Assembly: GCA_002269645.1 (NCBI GenBank) | Contig: NIVC01001049.1 | Span: 309,836 to 373,835 of the forward strand | Direction of reading: 5' to 3' | Origin: Macrostomum lignano | Taxonomy: Eukaryota | DNA: 64,000 bases | Part shown: positions 35,332-48,600 of the stretch, piece after piece | Position numbering within the stretch: position 1 is the stretch's first letter | Layout: each line of letters opens with the position of its first letter | Position numbers and translations under genes: made by a program | Notes under the pieces: model-generated | What the model was told of the DNA's origin: nothing | What the model saw: the letters and a program-made list of their open reading frames with translations, nothing else | The model's database searches: none

Positions 35332-35659
35332 TAAGAAAGCAATGCCAATAGTGGAAGAAATTTTTGCAGTTTAGACGAATTCAGTTGCAAAAAGTTTATA
35401 TTTTAACGTAGCGCTGCGTATTCCCGAAATTCATTGAATAGATAATAGTCAGCTCAGTGTCTAGGCAAAATCTTTTTTAGTTGCTAGTCACTTGAGAACA
35501 TGGAAAGAGCTTATGATACGGAACTTTACAGAACATTTACCACGTAAATTTACTTTCGTTTTGATTGCCACAGATAAATGAGACAAAGCCAGTGTTCAGC
35601 TGTGGGTGACGGTCGCAGCTGCAGTAGCCTAGACTTGTATTGTATACTTATATATTTGT

Positions 35660-37290
35660 ACACAAAGGCTAAACTTGATTTCATACGAATGAGCGCCTAG
35701 AAACATCGCCCATCGTTGCAAACTACTTGCTGCCACAAGCGTTAATGGTCTCGGAATCGAAAATTGCTAGAAGCGGTTTGTGGTCCGCGACCAGGCTGAA
35801 CTTTCGACCAAATAGGTACTAAAGAAACTTCTTAAGTCCAAGTATAATTACCAATGCCTCTTTTTCAATTCGGGCATAGATCTTTTCAGCAGCTGACAGT
35901 GTTCTAGAAGCGTAGGCGATTGGCCTGTCTCCGGTCTTCGTTTCATGGGAAATGACCGAACCAAAACCGTAAGGTCAAGCGTCATATTCTAGCTTCAGCT
36001 TCTAGGAGGATCATAGTGAGTCAGCACCTTGCTTGAGGTAAGTTGACCTTTAACGTACTTGAACGCGGATTCGCACTCGGCTGGCCAGTCGAAATCCTTT
36101 TCTTTTCGAAGTCGCAAGAAAGGGGTGCATCAAAGGAACCAGATTCTTTGTAACCAAAGTAACCAGTCCAATCCAAGCTCTCAGCTCGGACACATTTCGT
36201 GGGCATGGAGCCTCATGTATAGCTCTGATCTTGTCCTCAGTTCGGTGGATTCTCTTTTTATCTATCCTGTATCCAAGGAAAGTGACAGACGTCTGCCCGA
36301 ATTTGCACTTCGACTTCTTTAGTCTGACACCTCGCTCTCGAAAGCGTTGCAAAACCTTCTTCAGATTTTGCAAATGTTCCTCGGAATTCTTCCCAACAAC
36401 TAAAACATCGTCAATGGAGCAGATGACTCCGCTCAGTCCTTGCAGCATCTTGCAGCCCAATCCTTGCAGCATCTTGCAGCTCAGTCCTTGCAGCATCTTG
36501 CAGCTCAGTCCTTGCAGCTCGCGTTCTTTACTACGCTTTGCGTTTCGAGGATCTGATTCCACTCAGTTTCAAGCCACCCTGTCGCATCCAGTCTCTTTCA
36601 AGTACGAGCTAAATTGGACCCGATGCCTGACACTGCAAGTATCGAAAGTTTGGCAATCTGACCTAGGTACGCTCGTACTCTGCACTGCATTCACTGCATT
36701 CCCCCTTGACAGTAATTTCTCCACCAAGGTACATGTAATGACGGAGCTTGGTATCCTTCGGCTGCGACTCTGCTGTCTCTTTATTCAGGATGGTCCTTTC
36801 AGCCCCTGTGTCGACTTCAAAGCAAACAGGCTTTTCGTTAATCAAAATTTCTACGAAGTAAGCAGGATTGCCTCTGTCGTATACCCGATTGATGCTTAGT
36901 GGTGATACTCTGGCTTCTTGGTTACACGGTTCGTTCGCGAAGTACTATGTACCCTGCTTGTTAGGAAATCCTTTCAGAGCCACGGTATACTTACGAGCTA
37001 CATACAACTCCCAGATGTCCTTCCTTTCCACACTTCTTGCACTTTTTACGAGCTATTACGATGTGGGCAAGTATTTGCCAAGTGATCTGGGGCAGAGCAA
37101 CGGTAGCGCCTGCGAGAAGATGTAAGCTTCTCCTTGTTTTCTTCCCTGATTTCGCGGGTCACAGTCATGGATGAATAATACGTCGTATAACTGGATCGTT
37201 CGTCAAAAGCTCGATTTTTTGGTCCTAGCCATAGAAAAGCACCAGCATCACAAAAAGAGGATCGCAACTCGTACGTGACACGTATTGTAT
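35660..37290 (-). mobile_element. Decayed Ty3/Gypsy fragment (gag knuckle, PR, RT, RNase H)
   Basis: FEVDTGAERT, SIDDVLVVG, RPIAYASRTL and ADHKPL motifs, with stops and frameshifts. Confidence 0.85.
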
Positions 37291-37329
37291 GTTACAAGTA
37301 CTCCTACGTGTAAGTACGGCATTCTGTAG

Positions 37330-37760
37330 CTATAACCTTTCGCAAGTAGAAAGTTGAGTTCTTCAATTAATCTCTCCACCTGACCATTTGACTGATGATG
37401 TCCCGGAGGAGTAAGGGTATGGTCAGTTTTCTCACAGGAATGCTTTGAACACTAGCAAAAAAGTGCTACTGCTGTCTTAAACGAGATTCTTCGGAATTCC
37501 TTTGTGTTTGCATGTCCTGCGAAGGGCATTAATAAGGGGGTGCCTTCATCGACGGTATGGACTGGATGCTCACCCACTTTAAAAGGTGTCAACTAGTACC
37601 AGAAAATCTTGGCTTTTAAAAGTAGCTGTCTACATAAACTCTTTGTAAGAAACTTTTTGCCTCTGCCCATGTTGACAGATTTGCATTTTGTACTTTTTCT
37701 GGCATGGAGCTGAAATCGCACACAACGCTGGACGAAGGCGTTAATCTGAGCGTCTATGAT
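37330..37760 (-). mobile_element. Decayed Gypsy integrase fragment related to the 45650-49495 element
   Basis: TPPGHHQSNGQVERLIEE matches TPPGHH*SNGQVERVIEE of that element. Confidence 0.7.
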
Positions 37761-38194
37761 AGGCCACTAAAAGTATTGTCTCGACAGATGTAACATCCGC
37801 GAGATGCTCGAGTGGCCCTGATGAAGTAATTGAAGAATTTATTTTCTCATACTGGTAATGGAATGATGCGCAATTCCTTGAAAACTCGGCTTCGTTTTGC
37901 ATTGTGTACTCGCTTGTTTCGGGAATGCAGCAGCCTGACCGGGGAGGCAAGCCACCTTGAATATATTTTATTATTTCAATTGAGTATGTCCAGTTTACAA
38001 TCCTTGGTGCGTACAATCGTTTGCGGTAAATGTTCAGAATTCTTGAAGCCGTCTAGCGCATTGATTTCTAACAGATTGATCTTCTGCCATGAACTACTCA
38101 AGAAACATATATATAGGACGCAACACTCGAAATCTATGGTAAATGTTTTGAAGGCAACTTTTCGCCGAAAAATACACTACAGAGATAAGAGGTT

Positions 38195-38638
38195 TTAATT
38201 TTCTCCCTGAGCGCCTTGACCTGATCGTCGTAAGGTGTTTCCTTGGGCTTCTTCGGCGACAGCAGGTTGCGAAGAAGCTGATAGCAGTCGTTTCCTATCA
38301 CTGTTATCAGCGCCGCTCTCTTCTGCCTCTTCTTTGGTCACCTTGGTCACAACGAGGAACTGCTCGAGTCGCTCTTCGTAGGCTTCCCATTGATCCGGTT
38401 TAGCTATGTCGAACTCGGATATTTTACAACTCGTCGCCATTGTTGTCTTCTACTTCAACAATGATTACAGCCTCAAGGCTATCATCGGACATAAAAGTCT
38501 AAAAAACTTTGTTTAGAGTACCGCGGTTCACGGCTTATATTTTTGCCTCTAGCGAGTACACGCAGAGCCTTGCTCTTTGCGCTACTATATTTATTCGGCT
38601 CTAAAGGAAATAAAAGTTTCTACCCTAGAAAATAAACA
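38195..38638 (-). mobile_element. Gypsy 5' end: LTR (~38441-38638), tRNA-Ser PBS and gag start
   Basis: ...ACA-ATGGCGACGAG gives MATSCKISEFDIAKPDQWEAYEERLEQF; frameshifted, then truncated. Confidence 0.8.
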
Positions 38639-38669
38639 TGCAGAGAGAAATTAAATTCCATTTAGTCTT

Positions 38670-38960
38670 TTGTCTATACACAACAAGCTGAGGACGATTG
38701 CAGGTTTGAAACGTACGAATGAGTCACAATGTCGCTTGAGAGACATATTTCTATTGGGCCTCTCTAATCAAGACGCACTCAAAGAGTTAGCTCGTACTCA
38801 CGGAGAAACTGCCAGGATTGACTCTAAAAAGGCGATTGAAGTCGCACAAGCCTTTGAAACTGTTCGCTCAACTGTTCGTCAAATGTGCGACAGCCAGTCG
38901 CGACCAAGCAGGTTTGCCTTGTCTCCTTCGACCACTAAAACAGGAAGTTTGCACGCCTGA
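38670..38960 (+). mobile_element. Retrotransposon gag capsid fragment
   Basis: RLRDIFLLGLSNQD...KAIEVAQAFE resembles gag major-homology-region flanks. Confidence 0.5.
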
Positions 38961-38981
38961 TTTTCATAGGTAACTTCAACC

Positions 38982-40630
38982 TCACAACTCACTCCGGGCA
39001 TCAATCTCACCGCCGAGGTAATGACAAAGCCTAGTGCTCGGTGGTTCCGGTTTCAGGTGTAACAATCTCTCGTTGATGTTCTGACTATGAATTGATCTCT
39101 CTGCTCCCGTGTCCACTTCGAAAGTTACCGGGACGTTGTTGAGAACCAGAACAACTGACGGCACAGTCTTCTTCTGACCTTGAGGGGCCCAGTCACGAGC
39201 ACTATTTGTGCGATAGTCCTTGCTTTCACTCTCTGATTGCTGGGAGCGAGTAGGACTTGATCTCTGCTGCGGTATAACTTGGATATTATTAGCAGCCCTG
39301 CCAAATGAAGCAGACTTTGTTGATCTGAATGCTTCTCGATGTTTCGGCACTGAAGCCGCAAGTGTGAATTCTCAGTTAATTACTCGAACTTTATCTTTCA
39401 CTCTTTGAGCGCTTGTGCCCTCTGCGGCTGTGGGACATGGGTTTATTTTTTCTGCCTTAGGCCGATATTATACACTCGTAATACAAGAAAGAAAATAACG
39501 TAATTCTGTACCCGGGAGGGATTTTGTGTCATAGACACTTCGCTCAACCAAAAAAGTGCATAAGAATTAAAAAACATAAAAGTCTTCTAAACACTCGACA
39601 GGGACCTTTTTCCGCACTAAAGCAGGTTTTATTGAGAAAAGGACGGCTCTTGGCCAAATTATTAAAAGGGGAAACATCGCTTCTCTCCAGGGCCACGTGC
39701 ATTGCCAGTGCGACTGCCTGATTTGAATTTTTCAGTCCGAGCTGCTCCTTATCTTCGTGTTCACCTTATTAACACCAGCATCATTGGTTCTGAACTGTCG
39801 TGTATGCTTGATGGCTTCTTCTAGAGTTTGAGCTTCTTCGACAGAATCCTTGAACGAAGTTTTGTCCTTCAACGTGCTCAACAGACGGTTAAATATGGTT
39901 TCATCTCCAAGACCGAATACGAAAGCATCGCGTAGAGCTTGATCAAGATACAAGGGTCACTCAAAAAGTTCTTAGCCTGAAGGAGAAAACAGCAACAAGT
40001 TCAGCGAACAAGTCTTTGACGGTAGCGTCTGAAGGACATAGATGGGTGAAAATGTTCGGTAAAGTTTGAAACGAATCGGCCGGTGACTTGCCTTGCTTGA
40101 AGTGCTATGAAAAGTGCTCTGAAGTCGCGATTTTTCAGCTTCATTGTTGAATTAAATGACGCAAGGGATGAACTGACTTTGAATCGCTGCAGTGGACTCA
40201 AAAGTGGCTTCTGTTAGAAAATTTTTCTGCAATGCTTTTAAAAGTTGGTCTCTACTAACACAAATTTCATGCTTCTACGTCTCATAGATCCAACTCAGGC
40301 TAAAGACTTTCTGAGTGACCCTCGCAGTTGCCGTAGGTGCAATTCATGCTCAGGCGTCGCAGCGCAGAAATCGGTTATGCTCTCGCAATCATGTTGCTTT
40401 CGATCGAAAAGTTAACCGAACTTCTTGTGTGAGCACTTTTGTGGCGCAATCAAATTCTCGAGGATAGAATAGGCTTCTTCACCAATTTTTGTGATTAGAT
40501 GTGCCTTCTTGTCGGCGTCTTCATTAGTGCCTTGGACGACCAGATACCGTTCGAACTGCTCTCAGTATTCTTCCCAACCTCTTGGGTTGCTGCAGATGAA
40601 TGCGCCCAGGTTCGGACTCGTCACCTTTAT
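38982..40630 (-). mobile_element. Several decayed Gypsy gag/protease fragments
   Basis: FEVDTGAERS (38982-39350), LRDAFVFGL (39732-39953), and a degenerate gag N-terminus with a PBS-like GGTGACGAG near 40620. Confidence 0.7.
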
Positions 40631-40752
40631 TTTCTTCCCCCACGCTCTTGAGAATCTGAATTAGGGCGATCAGTTGAGAATTGGAGATCGAACTTGTAGC
40701 TCATTCACGTCAACTGTATTTAAGCGCCTGTTCGTTCTCGGCCTTAGGCCTC

Positions 40753-43143
40753 TCACTTGAGCCGGTTGCGCGTGGCCAGCGCTCTGCAGTAGGTGTCGCC
40801 GTGTGCCGCTTGCAGCAGCTGAGGTCGCAGCACGGCTGGCGGCACCACTAGGTTACCCAGGCAGATGACGCCGTCCTCGACGGACAGCTGCTGGCGCACG
40901 CTCTTAAAGGGACGCTCGGCTGCAGAGCAGTTGCTCCAGACGTTGTCGCGGATCCAGCGTTTGATGCCCAGCAGCACTGAGTCGGTCGCAGTTGCCTGCT
41001 TAACATCCTCGAGTTTCAGCACGTCAGTCTCGGTCCAGTGGATGACCCTCTCGACCACCTCTGGTTGCTCGGGCTTCTCCTCAAACTCGAGCCTCGACAT
41101 CGCGTCGACATGTGGGATGCTTCTTCCGCGGACGTACGCGATATCGTAGTCGAAAGCAGCCAGTTAGATGGCCCACCGCGTGATTCTCGCAGACGTGACC
41201 TTCGGGATCTCCTTGGCTGGGCTGAAGATGAACTCCAGCGGCTGATGGTAGCAGTTTAGGGTGAACTTGGCCCCGAGCAGAAAGTGTCGTGCTCGCTGAG
41301 TCGCCCACACTATGGTGAGGGCCTCTCGTTCAATGTTGGAGTAGTTCTGCTCCCCCACTGTGAGCCGTCGAGACAGGTAGATCACTGGGTGCTCGTCTTG
41401 AGTCAGGATGGCTAAGATCGCTTTTTCGCTGGCGTCTGTTGTCAGTGTCGTGCGCTTCGAAGCATCGAAGATGCGCACTACTGGATACACTTTCAGAGCC
41501 TTCTTGAGGTCGTCAAATGCCTTCTGCTGGTCCTGGCCCCACTGGAATGGTGTCTGCTTGCTTCTCAGGTTTGTGAGTGGCTCGACCCGCTCAGCGTTGG
41601 CCTGAACATACCGCGTAGTAGTTCGTGAGCCCCAGGAAGGATTCGAGCTCTTTGCGGTTCGTCGGCGCACGGGTCTGCTGAACTTTTCCCACCAGCTTCG
41701 AGTCGGGCCGAACACCATCAGTGGAGATCTTGTAACCGAGGAATGAGATTGCAGTGCTCCTAAAGACACATCGTTGATCTGCATTCCGGCCGCTTTGAGC
41801 TTGCGCAACAGTTTCTCTACCTTCTCGTCCAGCTCGGCCTCGGACCTGGCTCCGACACAGACATCATCCTGGTAGATGACCAGGTTCGACACCAGACCAC
41901 TGATCGTTGCTTCCATGGCCGCCAGGAACTGTGCACTCGCCGTCTTCACGCCGCAGGGCATCCTTGTCCAGCGTAGCAGTCCAATCGGGGTATTGATGGT
42001 GAAAATTTCCTTTGAAGCCTCGTCCAGCTCGAGCTGATTGTACGCGTCCGCCAGGTCGATGGTGCCGAAGTGAGACATTCCCGCAAGCTCGCAGAACGCT
42101 GTTTCGATGTTGGGTAGCTGATAGGAATCAGCACAGATTTTTGGGTTCACCCCGATCTTGTAGTCGGCACATATCCTGATGTCGCCGTTGGGCGTCCTCA
42201 CGACCACGATCGGAGATGCCCACTGACTGCCTCCAGGCGCCACTGACTCCAGAACACCGCTGTCGGTGAGCTTCCGGAGCTTTGTGATGACCAGCGGCTT
42301 CAGGTGAATGGGCACTGGTCGCGCCTCAAAATAACTCGGCCGGACATTGTCCCTCAGAAGGATGCGCGCCTTGAGGCCATTCAGCTTCCCGAGAGGCGTC
42401 TCTGTGAAGCTGCCGAGAGTCTTGATGATCGAGCCATCGAACTTGCGAAGCTGGTGCCTGCACTGCCGCAGCCGAGGCTCGCCGAGCTGCTTCCAGAAGT
42501 TCTGTGGGATGATGCTACTGTCCGATCCCGAGTCCCGAGCATCGTCTGCATGAGCTCGTCCTCGGCAGTCTGGTGGCTGTCTTCCGCATTCAACTGGTCG
42601 AACTCGCAGAAGCGGGCGGCATCCCGGAGTCTCTGTGCGAAGGCCTGCACTGACTCAGTCGGCTCCTGGCGCATCGGCATGAATTTCGATCGTTCTGCGA
42701 TGACGAGCTTCTTTTTCGGGAGAGTCTTCTCGATGATCAATCAATTTTCTGATATCTGCGAAGTCCATCTCCTCCAGCTCCTTAGGCTTTGCCATGACAC
42801 TGACGATCCGCACTGCATTCACGCCGGCTTTCGCTAGAACTAGGTCAGTGACCTGCCGATTTTCTGCGGTGTCCGTGAGATTTTAGCTGCGGCTGACAGC
42901 AGCGAAACTTCGTAGCCAAGCTTCCGCTATTGCGGGGTCGTTCAGCGGCAGATGGTCTGCTCGCGACGCCATTGTCGTGTCGTAGCAATGCAGTGGACTC
43001 TCCTGTTTACGAGAGCTCTTATCTGAGCAAAGAAAACGAGCCTTTCGCCGATAGCCCAAGCAGTATTTTTATTTACTAGAAAAAATGACCGAGGGCCATA
43101 TGCCGCCAATAATACCAGCGCAGCCGTTTCAAGCTTTAGCACA
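40753..43143 (-). mobile_element. Internally deleted Gypsy element (LTR ~42973-43143, gag, PR, RT, RNase H, start of IN)
   Basis: PBS TGGCGTCGCGAGCAG overlaps the gag ATG at 42972. Motifs DSGS, IYQDD, TTDAS and EREAL are present. Confidence 0.9.
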
Positions 43144-43199
43144 TCGATAGTTAATGAGCACCGCCAACCGGCGCCACACCACAGATTCGCCACTTTCGA

Positions 43200-44368
43200 C
43201 ATGGTGGCGACCAACGGCTTGTGCTCGGTGTAGGCCGTAAAAATGCGTTCCTCCAGAAATTAGCGAAATGCCGGACCGCTAGCGGCCGATTTCATTAAAA
43301 ATCTACAAGTGAAAAGTCGACAAATATGCTGACTTCAGCTCCAGTGTATACCAGGAAACGCAGGCCTGTCAGCAACTCCGCGATGAGGAACAGGCTGCTG
43401 CTGCCAGCCGCCGAGCTGTTCACCGATGCGGACTGCCCGTTTCCCCGAAATTTACAAAGCGCTTCAAAAAATCTGGCTTTTGCGCTGAACTCTTATGAAA
43501 GAAGCACAGATCGGTGGTTTCCTCGCAGGGACGTGATGGCTGGGCGTAGGCAAACCAGCTTGTTCTGCCCTGGCGGGCGGCCGCAACCACTGGCTCGTCA
43601 GGCTGCTGAATTTCGCTCACAACCGGCTGGGCTAGATTGGATCCAAAGCATGTTGGCGTGCTGTGCCACTGATAGCGGATCCGCAAATTCTGAAGATCGG
43701 ATGCCAGTCGGATGTCTGGTGAGAGCTGCTGTCGAAAAAGTTCCTCCAATGACATGCATAGCCGATGGTCGCTCAACAACGCCAACATATCGTTCATGGC
43801 GCCGATCTCCGAGGCCTGTCATACTAAGCAACCTGAAGGCCCGCTGCTTCCGCGTTAGCCCGAACGTGCCCAATAGGCGAGTCTTCAGCTGCTTGTACTT
43901 GTCTGCTGCCGGAGGATTCTTTAGTAAGTTCAGGAGTCGCTCGGCCGACTGTTGATCGAGAGATGCGACCAAATGCTGATAGTTAGTTTCATCTTGTGTT
44001 ATTCCTCGGAGGCTGAACTGTGGCTCAGCCTGGGTGAACCAAGCCTGGGACTGAGCTGGCCAAAAAGTCGGCAACTTGACCGTTATTGCGTTGATGGCTG
44101 AGTTGCTGCTGGCCGCACTGGCCGCTGTGTTGACGCCAAACGAGATGACAGACTCCTGATCTGCATCTCTGTTGCTCGCTGTGTCTTTTGCGTGCTCAGG
44201 CATGCTCAAACTTGCGGTTTGAGACGTCGGGCTCACCAATGAAGTAGCTTGCGATCGCGAAGTGCGCTCGTTTATTTCTCTCAGTCTGTGGGCTACTCAA
44301 CTGTAACGAGACGCATACACATCGGAAATGGTAAAAGGCAAAAGATGCTTCTGTTTCGAGCCGCCACA
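43200..44368 (-). mobile_element. Internally deleted Gypsy element of CsRn1/Kabuki type
   Basis: Gag VKLPTFWP...WFTQAE, a degenerate CHCC knuckle (CFFH), protease with D>Y (FLVYTGA), and PBS TGGTGAGCCCGACGT matching the animal tRNA-Trp 3' end at 14/15. LTR ~44240-44368. Confidence 0.75.
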
Positions 44369-44403
44369 GTACGAGTGTACTGAATTAGTAAAGCTTAGTA
44401 AGC

Positions 44404-44592
44404 TTAGTAAAGTCTATCTTTTACTTTTGAAAGAATCCTGCGATGGTCGCTCCATGTAGGCGTTCCAATTATGATTACACACGGTGTGCCCCTCAACAGG
44501 TTGTCCATTAGCTCTTGAAAAATCAGAGGTGCAGCGGATATTCCAAATTGCATTTTTCGGAAAGCAAATGACCCATGTGAGTTGGAACGCAC
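44404..44592 (-). mobile_element. Small Gypsy RT fragment
   Basis: MQFGISAAPLIFQE, nearly the same as in 46543-47907. Confidence 0.75.
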
Positions 44593-44840
44593 ATTAATTT
44601 TTTACTGTCTTCAGACAAGCCTATTTGAAGATATGCGTCTTTCAAGTCACTAGAAGTATGTCGGACAAGTCGGAAAATAGCGATTTAAGCCTTGAAAGCT
44701 TATTGCAATCAGTTCCAATAAGGCGATTCAGCGTCATTTAATAGCCTCAGCAAATTCGGATGGGCCGAACTGATCTCGCGGACTGGTATATGTGGTATAT
44801 GATCCTACGTGTGTCTCTCTTTTCGGCCATAGACTTATTT

Positions 44841-45645
44841 TGTTATGATTCTGCTCTGACACTTTCTTTGAAGTACTAAGCTGTGAGCTGCCTTGAAGAA
44901 AAAGGGAAAAAGGAAAAAGGAAGAAATATACTCTCGCGCAAACTCTAAAGAGCACTCCTAGAATAAATTACTGAAACCGGATGCTACCAGTACATTGGCG
45001 ACGAGGATATGACTGCCGTACCCAACACCGCTTCAAGAATCAGTGCATTCGATCCGGCAAGACCAGAGAGATGGTCGGTGTACGAAAAACGGTTGGAGCA
45101 ATATTTTATCGCCAAAGCCATCACCGATGAGAAGATAAAGAAGGCTGAGCTCATCACAGTGGTGGGTGAAGATTGCTACTGCCTGCTGCGAGATCTGCTG
45201 TCTCCAGACCTCCCGAAAAATAAGTCTTATGACGAGCTGATAACGGCGCTAAGAAACTATTTCGCACCGACGCCAAAGAAAGTCGTGGAGCGCTACAATT
45301 TCTACAATCGAAATCAACAAGAGAGCGAAGTAATCTCAGAGTATATAGCAAATTGAAGGAAGCTGGCTGCAACCTGTATGTTTGGAACCTTTCTGAATGA
45401 AGCTATCAGAGATAAGTTTGTTTGCGGATTGCGCAGCAAGCTCATTCAGCAGCGTCTTCTGCAAAAAGATGACATCGCGCTGGACGAGGCCATCAAAATA
45501 TCAAACGCCATAGAAACTGCAGAAAAGGTGCAACGCTCATCAACACTAACAAATTCAGTGGAGCTCAAGCCAACTCAGTCAAGGAAGTCAGGCCAAAAAG
45601 CTCAAAAGACTCTGCTCATGACAGGTGCTACCGATGCTTGTCGAC
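44841..45645 (+). mobile_element. Gypsy 5' end on plus strand (LTR ~44841-44994, PBS 44996-45008, gag from 45009, one stop)
   Basis: TACA-T-TGGCGACGAGGAT-ATG; gag is homologous to 49671-50233. Confidence 0.85.
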
Positions 45646-45649
45646 GGGT

Positions 45650-48600
45650 CACTGGGCTAGAAGCTGCCCACATCGATCTTACGTCGATCGACGTCGTCAC
45701 GAAAGGTATTAGTTCCGACGGAAGTAGTAATCGTTGACGGAACCCTCTCTTCCTTGTGTTCCACAGGAATGAAAACTGGTTCGGCTTGTAGTCGAGGTTG
45801 GATCCATTCAGTGCATACTCTTGACAAGCGAGTTCTTGGCAGTTGAAGAAACACCAAACCAGCAGGAATAGAACCATTACATTGCGGTGTAGTATTGTGA
45901 AACAGACAGAACGCGATTGCAATTCGCTCTAGTTCAGCCACGTCAGAAGTAGCGTTTGACTTCTTTAGATGAAATTTAAACTCTTCTATTACCCGCTCCA
46001 CTTGCCCATTCGACTAATGGTGACCTGGAGGAGTCAAAAGGTGCTGAACGAAGTTCTCCTTTAGGAACGTGGCGAATTCGGCGGACGTGAAGTTTGTACC
46101 GTTGTCTGTCACCAAGGTTTGTGGGAGACCCATGTAATTAAATGTTTGTCGAACTGCCCGAATTACAGATTGCGATTTCATTGAATCGATATGCCGAACA
46201 TCCACCCACTTCGAGAATGCGTCTACTAGCACTAGGAATCGGTGTCCTTTGAATATCGCGACGTCGGCGTGTACTCTCTCGAAGAACGTCTGCGCATCCT
46301 CCCAAGACGATAAATTGGAGTTAGTTCGCTTTTTTGCGTGAAGCTGACACTGTGCACACCTTCGAACGAAACTGTTCATCTGCGTGTCGATTCCTGACCA
46401 CCAGAAATACTGTCGTGCCAAGCGAATCATGCGCACAACTCCGGGGTGATTTTCATGCAGCAGGTGTAAAATTTCCGTTCGTAAATCACTGGGTGGTACA
46501 ATGCGCAATCCTTTAAACACAATGCCATTTTGTATAGTATACTCAAGCTTTCCTTTTGAGTAAGACTTTCGGTAAGTACTCCGGCCATCCATCCTGAATG
46601 TAATGCTTCAGTGTCTGCAGATGGCAGTCATTCGTCTTAGCAATTTGACGCAGTAGATCTTCGGAATTCGCAAAGGTGTCCAGGGCATTTATTGACAGTA
46701 GGTTGACGGATTCCTTCGTTATGCAATTGCCACTTGGAAGTCGCGACAGAGTATCAGCGGCGTACATCGAATCGCCTTTGGAATATTCGATCTTGTAGTC
46801 ATACGCTCGTAGAATGAGCGACCAGCGTTGAAGCCTGGCGGAAACACGCTCAGACGATTTATTGTGATCGAAAATGAACTGAAGCAGTCTGTGGTCTGAT
46901 ATAAAAGTAAATCTTCTTCCGGCGAGAAACTGGTGGAAATACTTAACTCCTTCGACGATAGCCAGCGCCTCTCGTTCGATATTTGCATAATTGCCCTCTG
47001 CGGGTGTGAGCACTCTGCTTCCGAGCCAAACAATCTGTCTCTGCTCTCTGTCATGAGAGAGCACGAACCCCAATCCATCCTTTGACGCATCAAAAGTCAG
47101 AAACAGACGCTTGGACGAGTCGTAAGCAGTTATTGCTCCTTGTCGAATACTTTGCTTCAATCTCGTGAAGGCCTGTGAATGTTCTTTGTTCCAGAACCAG
47201 TGCTGTCCTTTCTTCAATAATGAATACAATGGTCGAGCGATGATAGAAAAATTCTTGCAGAACAGGCCGTAGTGTCGAAGAGTACACAAGGCGCTTTTTA
47301 ATTGGTCTTTATCCGCGGGATCTGGCATATTTTCCCATGCCTCTATTCTCGCTGGATCAGGCTCGAGCTTGCCGTTGTGGAGAATGAACCCAAGAAACTT
47401 GACGCTTTGTAAGCATTCCTGTGACTTGCGGGCGTTAATCTTGAACCCATTGTCAGCCAAACGTTGCTTTACCTTGTTTAGCACCAGGGTGTGTTGTTGT
47501 CGGTCTCCGGGAGTTCCGATTATTATGTCGTCTTGATACGAAGCAGTGCATTCTACGTTTCTGAGCACCTCATCCTTGACTTCTTGGAATATTAATGGTG
47601 CTGCGGAAATTCCGAACTGAAGATTTTTGAAAGCGAAGTAGCCCAGGTGCGTAGAGATGCAGGCAAGTTTCTGGCTCTCAGGCGAAAGCGCAACTAGAAG
47701 AAACGCGTCTTCCAAATCCAAGACTGAATAGTACTTGGCATTAGGAATTTTAGAAAGGATTTCTTCTAGCTTTGGAAGCTTGTAGCGATCGGCATCGATT
47801 ATGCGATTTAGCGTGACTGAATAGTCGCCACATAGACGTATTGGTCTCGCTGTGCCTTGCTGCTTTAAAACTGGAACAATTGGCGCAGAAACGGCTGGGT
47901 CTTCCACTGGATATATGATGCCTGCATTTAGCAGTTGTTGAGCTCAGTCTCAACCATAGACTTCATCGAAAAGGGCAGAGATCTGGCAGGATTTCGCATG
48001 CCGTCCGTTCTAGCATCTGAGCGGAGGCGGAAACTTGCGAGAAATCTCGAATTTGCATCACGCACCACTGGCATGCAAAGAAGATCTTCTGAAATGCTTC
48101 CGTCGAGGTTTAGTATGTCCAGGTGCGATAGGAAATCCATTCCCAGTATAGCCAATAAATCGCTGCCTACATACACTTTTCCAGTGGCAGATATTCCATC
48201 GGACAGAGTAATCATGGCATCCTGAATGACTGAGTATATTTCTGGCTGGAAACCGCCGTACGACTTGAGCGCTTTAGTAACCGGTTCGACTTTCAGATTG
48301 GAACTATCAGCAACATGCTTGGGTATGATGGTAACTTGACTGCCTGTATCTACCAACATCTTAGCACTCGCGTCTCCGATCTCGCATGTAACAAACCACT
48401 GATCCGTTGAATGACGATCTCCGATGTCAGTTGTCGCGTAGATTGCTCCCACATGTCCATGGCTAGAATCCTCTGATCGGCACACGTTCTGCAGAGCATT
48501 AACGGTCTTGGAGCGACAGACTGCTGCCAGGTATCCAACCTTCCCACACTTTCGGCACTGCGCATCCCGAAATCGGCACTTTGACCTGATGTGTCCTGCT

